Positions 58,163 through 64,000 of a stretch of 64,000 nucleotides of DNA are shown here, in pieces. The notes beneath the pieces are model-generated. The model was not told the DNA's origin. It saw only the letters and a list, made by a program, of their open reading frames with translations, and did not search any database. This DNA comes from Candidatus Borrarchaeum weybense (GTDB taxonomy: Archaea; Asgardarchaeota; Sifarchaeia; Borrarchaeales; Borrarchaeaceae), in the NCBI GenBank assembly GCA_019057385.1, contig JAHQJS010000006.1, positions 677,038 through 741,037 on the forward strand, in the 5' to 3' direction. A program made the position numbers and the translations under genes. The first letter of the stretch is position 1, and every line of letters begins with the position of its first letter.

Positions 58163-59098
58163 TTGTCAGACAATCGTTCTCATATAGCACTTGGAAGTGG
58201 ATTATTGAGTTTTGTGGAGCTCCAAGTTCAAATTGCAAATCTGTATACACTAGTTAATGAACATAGAAAGAAGAGAGATCAATATAATGAAAAAACACGT
58301 GAATTGATGAGAGAATCTAAACAACTTCGTGAAGAACGTGTGAAATTTATTGAACAGGCCAAGAACGAACAAAAAAAACGCGATGAGATGAACAGTAAAG
58401 TCCGTGAATATAAAGAACAGCGGAAGGAGCTAAATGAAGAAATAAAAAAGGCACGAGAAAGATTGAATGAATTAAAACAGGGACGAAATGAACTCGAGGA
58501 TAATAATCCTTCGAAGATTCCCACAAAAAGATTGATGAGAGAACTAAAAGATTCAGAATGGATAATTCAAACAACGGTAATGAGCTTAGATAAAGAAAGA
58601 GAATTGGTTAATAAGATAGCAAAATTGGAAGCGCAATTAGAAGAAAAAACGACCGCTCAAAATAAAATAAATGAGTTTCAATCAAAAATAATTGAAGAGG
58701 CTGCTTCCCTTGGGGCAATAAAGGCAAAACTGGACCAATCTCATCAAAAAGTTATAGATTATGCTAAAAAAGCACAAGAACATCATGATCAAATGGAAAA
58801 GCTGTTTTCGAAAGCTAAGGAATTTGAAAAAAGAGCAGATGAATTGTATAAGCAATTTCTTGAAGTTAAGAAACTAGCCGATGACGAACACCAAAAAGTC
58901 GTAAAGATTTATGAAAAAATTGACATATTAAAAAAGGAAATTAATGATTTGAAGAAATCGGAAGAGGAAGAAAAGCAAAGACGTATAGATGTAAAACTAG
59001 AGGAAAAAGAGAAAGTAGCAGTTCAGAAACTCAAGGAAAAGAGAAAGAAGTTAACAATGGAAGAGTTTAGGATTCTTGTGGAAAAAGGACTCATTTGA
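58163..59098 (+). CDS. Archaeal coiled-coil protein (COG1340-like)
   Basis: K/E-rich heptads, KRDExN repeats, EWIIQTTVMSLDKERELV, KKLTMEEFRIL. Confidence 0.8.
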   Translation: MSDNRSHIALGSGLLSFVELQVQIANLYTLVNEHRKKRDQYNEKTRELMRESKQLREERVKFIEQAKNEQKKRDEMNSKVREYKEQRKELNEEIKKARERLNELKQGRNELEDNNPSKIPTKRLMRELKDSEWIIQTTVMSLDKERELVNKIAKLEAQLEEKTTAQNKINEFQSKIIEEAASLGAIKAKLDQSHQKVIDYAKKAQEHHDQMEKLFSKAKEFEKRADELYKQFLEVKKLADDEHQKVVKIYEKIDILKKEINDLKKSEEEEKQRRIDVKLEEKEKVAVQKLKEKRKKLTMEEFRILVEKGLI

Positions 59099-59140
59099 TC
59101 TTTTCATTTTAACTGAGATTTTTGAAGAATTAACTATTGG

Positions 59141-60550
59141 ATGGGGACTTTTATGGATGATCTTTTAGAAAAAGTATTGAATAAGGTAAATTTCCCTGAA
59201 ATTGATTTCATGGATATACGAGTTTTTCAAAAAAAAGCAACAACTGTCCGTGTTGAAACAGGGCGTATATCAAAATTAATAAATTCATCATACGGAGGCG
59301 CTGGTGTGCGTGTGTTTTCTTCTGATGGCTGTTGGAGTCATGCTTCCACCAACTCAGTTAGTGAAGAATCATTGTTGAAAACCTTAAATGTAGCTTATAA
59401 AGCCGCAAAAAGTCTTACTAACAAAACTTCCAATGAACAAATCAAATTGCCTTCAATTCAACCTGTTAAAAAGAACACAGTGATTAAAGCTAAAATACAT
59501 CCAAACGATGTATCTCTTGAAGAAAAAGCGAAAAGAGTCTTCGAATATGAAAAAATCGCTAGGACAGTCGATCCCCGAATAGTAAACACACATTTCAACT
59601 ATCAAGATTCAATTATCCATGAACTAGTTGTCAATTCCTTTGGAAGTAATGTTAGTAGTACTTGGATTTATACACAACTGAGAGGAAGAGTTACAGCCAA
59701 AGAAATGAGCTTGAGAGAAAAAGGTTTCTCCACGGTTGGAAAAACACAAGGTTTTGAAGTTATTGAACAAATTGACGCTGAAGAGTTCAGTATAAACGCT
59801 GCTAGAAAAGCATTATCGAAACTTACTGCAAAAACACCTACAGCAGGCAAATTTAACGTCATTCTAGATCCCCGTCTTACGGGATTATTTGCGCATGAAG
59901 CATTTGGACATTCAGCAGAAGCTGATTTAGTAATGGAGGGCGCTTCTGTCCTTGAGGGCATGCTTGGTAAGCAAATCGCATCACCAAATGTGACAATTAT
60001 TGATGATCCTACGATACCTGGAAGCTTTGGTTTTTTCCAGACGGATAGTGAGGGAGTAATCGCAAGACAAAAAGAACTACTTGCTGATGGGGTATTAATT
60101 GAGTATTTACACACGTTGGAGACTGCCTCAAAAATGAATATGTCACCAAATGGGAGTGCAAGGGCTAGTAATCATCACGTGACGCCTCTAGCACGGATGG
60201 GTAGTATCTATGTTCAACCTAAAGATTATTCATTTGAGGAATTGATTGAAGGGGTAACGGGCATTTACATGAAAGGAGCTGAATTCGGACATGTGGATCC
60301 TGCAACTGGCGAATTCCTATTTAAAGCAGAGCAAGGATGGAACGTTGAGAATGGAGAGATAAAAGAACAGTTACGAGATGTTGCTTTATCAGGGTCAACT
60401 TTAGAAACACTAAGGAACATAGAAACTATAGGCAAAGATTTAGTCCTTTTAGGACCTGGTCAATGCGGAAAAAGAGGCCAACTTGTTCCTGTTGATGATG
60501 GAGGACCACATATTCGCGTAAAAGACGTTATCGTAGGAGGACTACAATAA
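59141..60550 (+). CDS. tldD: TldD/PmbA family metalloprotease
   Basis: HEAFGHSAEAD, DSEG, ARM, CGKRGQLVPVDDGGPH. Confidence 0.92.
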   Translation: MGTFMDDLLEKVLNKVNFPEIDFMDIRVFQKKATTVRVETGRISKLINSSYGGAGVRVFSSDGCWSHASTNSVSEESLLKTLNVAYKAAKSLTNKTSNEQIKLPSIQPVKKNTVIKAKIHPNDVSLEEKAKRVFEYEKIARTVDPRIVNTHFNYQDSIIHELVVNSFGSNVSSTWIYTQLRGRVTAKEMSLREKGFSTVGKTQGFEVIEQIDAEEFSINAARKALSKLTAKTPTAGKFNVILDPRLTGLFAHEAFGHSAEADLVMEGASVLEGMLGKQIASPNVTIIDDPTIPGSFGFFQTDSEGVIARQKELLADGVLIEYLHTLETASKMNMSPNGSARASNHHVTPLARMGSIYVQPKDYSFEELIEGVTGIYMKGAEFGHVDPATGEFLFKAEQGWNVENGEIKEQLRDVALSGSTLETLRNIETIGKDLVLLGPGQCGKRGQLVPVDDGGPHIRVKDVIVGGLQ

Positions 60551-61192
60551 TATTATCATATCCCTCGTCATTAACAACTAAAGAAATCCACTTTTATATA
60601 GATTAATTAATATGTTGTTTGAAGTTGGGATTATGGCATTAAAAATACTAGAATATCCAGAAAAACTGTCAGATTTTTTCGTTAAAGCGATAATCATTGG
60701 ATTTATATACGCAATTTGTATCTATGGTTTCCGATTCGTGTTTCAGTTCCTACAGGTCAGACCTATACCTGGTAATCCTTTGCTAGGCTTTGTTCTTGAA
60801 GTTATAGCTGGAGTAATTCTTGCCTTAGTTCTTGGCTTTGTTTCAATTAGATTAACCTTTCCGTTTGTTACACGATCCATATTTGTCTTTTCGATTTTAT
60901 TCATTATAGGCTACGCAAATAATATTGTGGAACTCCTCTTCTATTCAACAACACCAATCTATGTATTCTATCATGACTTTGCATTCACACTAGCAACGCA
61001 CATAGTAACGGCTGCGGTTATTGCTCTTCTCTTTCCACCACTGAACGACACAGATTCTGCGATAACTCAACTAAAGATTTTCTTCTCTGGACACTCAACG
61101 ACTTGGTGGATTTTCCGAGTGTTGATAGCCGGTGCATTATATTTCCCAATTTATTTTGCTTTTGGTTTGGTAGTCAGCCCGATAGTAGTACC

Positions 61193-63078
61193 GTTCCTTT
61201 CACAATAGACATCTATTACAATAATAGTGTCTATCCACTCACGCGCGAAAGGGGAGTGGAGTCCCCGCTAGGACGGTTGAGCGGGATACCTGTCGCCATA
61301 TAGGGGACAGGCTTTGCGGATTTTAACCTAAAACGTTTGTTCCGAAGTTCTTGATACACACGATAGATATTTATGGCGGCAATGTAATCGCGATCGGCTA
61401 GATAGCAACACGCGCTACATTGAAAGAATCTCCCTCGTTGTATGGCATGACGGGAGCGGGGATCGCTGATTTTCTCGCCTTTGGCACCACAGCGCGGACA
61501 ATAACTCGACGTCCACCTGGGATTTACTCGGACAATCCTAATTCCGAAGTGTTTTGCCTTGTACTTAAGGATGTCATACAACGCCCCTCGTAACCAATTC
61601 GACAGTTTACGGGAGAGTTTTCGCTTGTGTTTCGGCGGCTGGTAGGTGCGCAAGTCCTCCAACACGATGGTCTTGCACCCCCATTTAAGGGCAGTCTTTA
61701 GCAGTTGGTTGCTCGCTAGGTGCAAGATTTCCTCCCGATAGCGGTTCAGTTTACGGTAAAGCCGCTCTAGTTCTTGTTGGCGTTTGCCCTGCCCGTACCA
61801 ATTGACGAGGTAGCGGTCTAACTTGCGTTGCAGACGGGCAATATGGTGGTAGAGGGAGTCTATCTTTTGTAACACGGTGTGAGACGGCGACCAAAATAGT
61901 GGAGTGCTCAACTGCGACCCAGCTTCACAAATTACCGAGGTCGTCAGATTGATCACCCCTAGGTCCGTCGCCAGCACCCGATTTGCCTGTAACGCAGAAT
62001 ACTGTGTTTGAAGTTGAACGTTGTGCTGTGTGTCTGGATTAAAAGACCAGGCACATTCCAAAAAAGGCAGTGTTAAGCCGCTTTTCAGCGTCAGATAGCG
62101 TAAAGTCGGAGCACACAATTTACTAGTGGACGAGCTAATACGTTGGTGAATTTGGGCAGGTATCGACAGGATACACTCCTGCCAGGTCCAGTGGGACCGT
62201 TGTGAGGGCTGAGCACACTGTGGTACTTTCAGGCTGATACGGATGGTGAAAGGATCTTTTTCTGGCTGCCAGTCATACTGAATGACCTGTCCCTCATCAG
62301 GGCTGTAGGGAAGTATAAAAGAGCGAATTTGTGGTGTTACCACTGCCGTATAAGGAAACTGCTTCAAGACGCTGAGATCCAGGCCCAATTGATAGTAGTA
62401 GCGCCTAAAGGTGCGTAGCGTTTGACGGATTAGCGCCCATCGATAGTATTTGCCTTCAAAATTCGCTAAGGTGAAGGCTACGGTGCGCACTAAACTATCG
62501 AGGTTCTCCTCCACACCCGTGATTTGCACGATGCGCAACACGTCAAAATAACACTGCTTGCGGATGGCTTGGGAACGGAGTATGCGTCCTACCTGTTCGG
62601 CAATACAGCGTCTGATGCGTGAGGGGAGATACACTGGTTTCCCTTGAGAGGTAGTCAAAATGACGCGTTTTTCGTTGACGACTTTGTAGGCTTTGTTGTT
62701 ACGGTTGGAATCCAGCGCATCAATCCAGTGATCCGACCATAAGGCCTCTAATAACTGTTGAGCGGCTTGTAAAGCCAATTCCCGTAGCATATCCAGTTGG
62801 TGGCGTAAGGTAGTATGCTGTGGGAATTTGAGTGGATAACTTAGCGTCAGGGAGGTCATGACTGCCAGCATTCCCCTATGGTGAGGGTGATGTGTGAGCC
62901 GAGTTAGTTATCGGCACATATATTTTAAGGAGGCTGCTATAAAAAGGCAACGATTCCGTTAGTACTCACAACAGAACTCCATTCATCTGCCTCCACCACG
63001 AAATATGTGTCTCTAACACGAGATAGTTGACTACATGTGATAAAATTTGTCTATAAAATTATCAACAGTTGACCACCC
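61193..63078 (-). mobile_element. IS607-like non-autonomous element carrying only tnpB
   Basis: CC/GG dinucleotide at both junctions, no TIR/TSD, short end repeats (AGTTGACyAC x2, TGTCTAT), visibly higher GC than host. Confidence 0.7.
61231..62871 (-). CDS. tnpB: TnpB RNA-guided nuclease, 546 aa
   Basis: RuvC-I ATDLG, RuvC-II VLEDL, zinc finger CPRC..CSAC, RuvC-III DRDYIAAINI. Confidence 0.92.
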   Translation of the reverse strand: MLAVMTSLTLSYPLKFPQHTTLRHQLDMLRELALQAAQQLLEALWSDHWIDALDSNRNNKAYKVVNEKRVILTTSQGKPVYLPSRIRRCIAEQVGRILRSQAIRKQCYFDVLRIVQITGVEENLDSLVRTVAFTLANFEGKYYRWALIRQTLRTFRRYYYQLGLDLSVLKQFPYTAVVTPQIRSFILPYSPDEGQVIQYDWQPEKDPFTIRISLKVPQCAQPSQRSHWTWQECILSIPAQIHQRISSSTSKLCAPTLRYLTLKSGLTLPFLECAWSFNPDTQHNVQLQTQYSALQANRVLATDLGVINLTTSVICEAGSQLSTPLFWSPSHTVLQKIDSLYHHIARLQRKLDRYLVNWYGQGKRQQELERLYRKLNRYREEILHLASNQLLKTALKWGCKTIVLEDLRTYQPPKHKRKLSRKLSNWLRGALYDILKYKAKHFGIRIVRVNPRWTSSYCPRCGAKGEKISDPRSRHAIQRGRFFQCSACCYLADRDYIAAINIYRVYQELRNKRFRLKSAKPVPYMATGIPLNRPSGDSTPLSRVSG

Positions 63079-63413
63079 CTACTATACTGACCCAGTCCTA
63101 GGACTTGAGCTTGCAATTCCCGGCTTTGAGGTAATGATCCCCTTAGGAATTGCAAGAGGAATAATCTACGTTCTTGTCCTCATCTTACCCATGGCAATGG
63201 CTAAACTTAAGAAATGGAAATTAGTCCTCTATTTAACTGCAATTCTAGCAGTTGTGGGTGCTATAGCCGGTTTTATTCCTCTCCAACTATGGCCAATAGC
63301 TCTTCGTGTGACACATGGCTTAGAAATAACTGCAGATTCCTTTTTTCATAGCCTCGTGATCGTTAAAGTGTTAGACAAGTTCTCAAAAGAGCAGATCTAA
63401 ATGCCTGTTCAAG

Positions 63414-63465
63414 TTTAACTTATGCGGCGGGAAGTCCCCATCCGAAAGGCTGGGGAGGATGTCAC
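63414..63465 (+). mobile_element. Mini single-hairpin IS200/IS605-type element
   Basis: TTTAACTTATGCGGCGG-GAAG-TCCCCATCC-GAAA-GGCTGGGGA-GGATGTCAC. Confidence 0.7.
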
Positions 63466-63818
63466 ATGTGCAATTTTGTATCAAAAAAAAGCATTTGATC
63501 AATTCGTATTAATAAAACTCCATAATTTGAATTGCATTAAAGCATCATTTTACTAGCGAACTTTTACGTACCTAAATAAATTAGGTATCAGGAAACTGAA
63601 AAAAACACACCATATCGACTTGGAAAAGCACGATGAAAGCGATTTCCTAGAGAAAATGATATCTTTTCCTAAAACTTAAAAATTTTGTGCTGGATTATGC
63701 AACACGTTAGGGAATTACAATGATCCTTCCCATAAGTTCGAAGCGTTCGATCATTGATTTCAGCGCATTCATTACATCATTTATAAAAGAACGAAAAGAA
63801 CCGTTTACGGCTCTTGTC

Positions 63819-64000
63819 CTAATATTCGTGTTTTCTCGCCCAAACAGGTGATATGATTTCGCTAAGTTGAGGCATTGTAATGAGGCTTGTCAACATTTTC
63901 TTCTTTCGATCCATCGTAGCATAAATATTCCTTTCTGGCTTTCGAAAATCCCAAAATGTTCCGTGCTCTGTGAAGAATGTTAATCCTATATTACGAGCAA
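63819..64000 (-). CDS. Possible 3' end of a gene entering from outside the window
   Basis: Open frame ARNIGLTFFTEHGTFWDFRKPERN...KHEY*; no motif. Confidence 0.35.
   Translation of the reverse strand, partial: ARNIGLTFFTEHGTFWDFRKPERNIYATMDRKKKMLTSLITMPQLSEIISPVWARKHEY

Larger units (their letters stand above)
60612..63400 (+). pseudogene. Membrane protein gene split by IS insertion (fragments 60612-61192 and 63079-63400)
   Basis: Removing 61193-63078 restores in-frame ...SPIVV-P-YYTDPVLGLEL... Confidence 0.75.

Noticed and set aside
580-61303. Numerous short antisense/overlapping ORFs in the track (for example 2052, 9798, 16143, 42225, 54836, 59668)
   Set aside because: Shadow frames of well-supported genes or MITE sequence, with no motifs.
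61193-63078. IStron, Cas12f-CRISPR or Fanzor
   Set aside because: Element is antisense to the host gene with no room for a group I intron; no repeat-spacer array; RuvC-II Glu is in the canonical TnpB position.

Overview
AT-rich archaeal window, almost certainly from an Asgard archaeon (two gelsolin-domain proteins, a Rab-like GTPase, SepSecS, eukaryote-type SECIS hairpins). The first 12 kb form a selenium/redox island: a NifB-like radical SAM gene (partial), a hypothetical gene whose frame extends upstream through an in-frame TGA in a C-x-x-U motif and ends in a well-formed AUGA..AAA..GA SECIS-like hairpin (candidate undescribed selenoprotein), GcvH, SepSecS, and an operon frhB-like/hdrA/vhuD/vhuG/vhuA/vhuU(Sec, missed by the ORF track)/hdrC(CTG start)/hdrB/lipoyl-carrier. 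The rest has central metabolism (pyk, iorAB, thiolase plus a DUF35-HMG-CoA synthase fusion, glycogen debranching enzyme, P-type ATPase, TldD), a radical SAM/DUF4130 pair with PIP-box-like tails, an HTH-PfkB / ECF-S / twin nucleotidyltransferase cluster, several non-autonomous IS200/IS605 elements (two ~315-bp omegaRNA-like MITEs and ~50-bp single-hairpin elements) and an IS607-like tnpB-only element that splits a membrane protein gene. No rRNA, tRNA or CRISPR array was recognised. All calls are by eye from motifs; no database searches were run.
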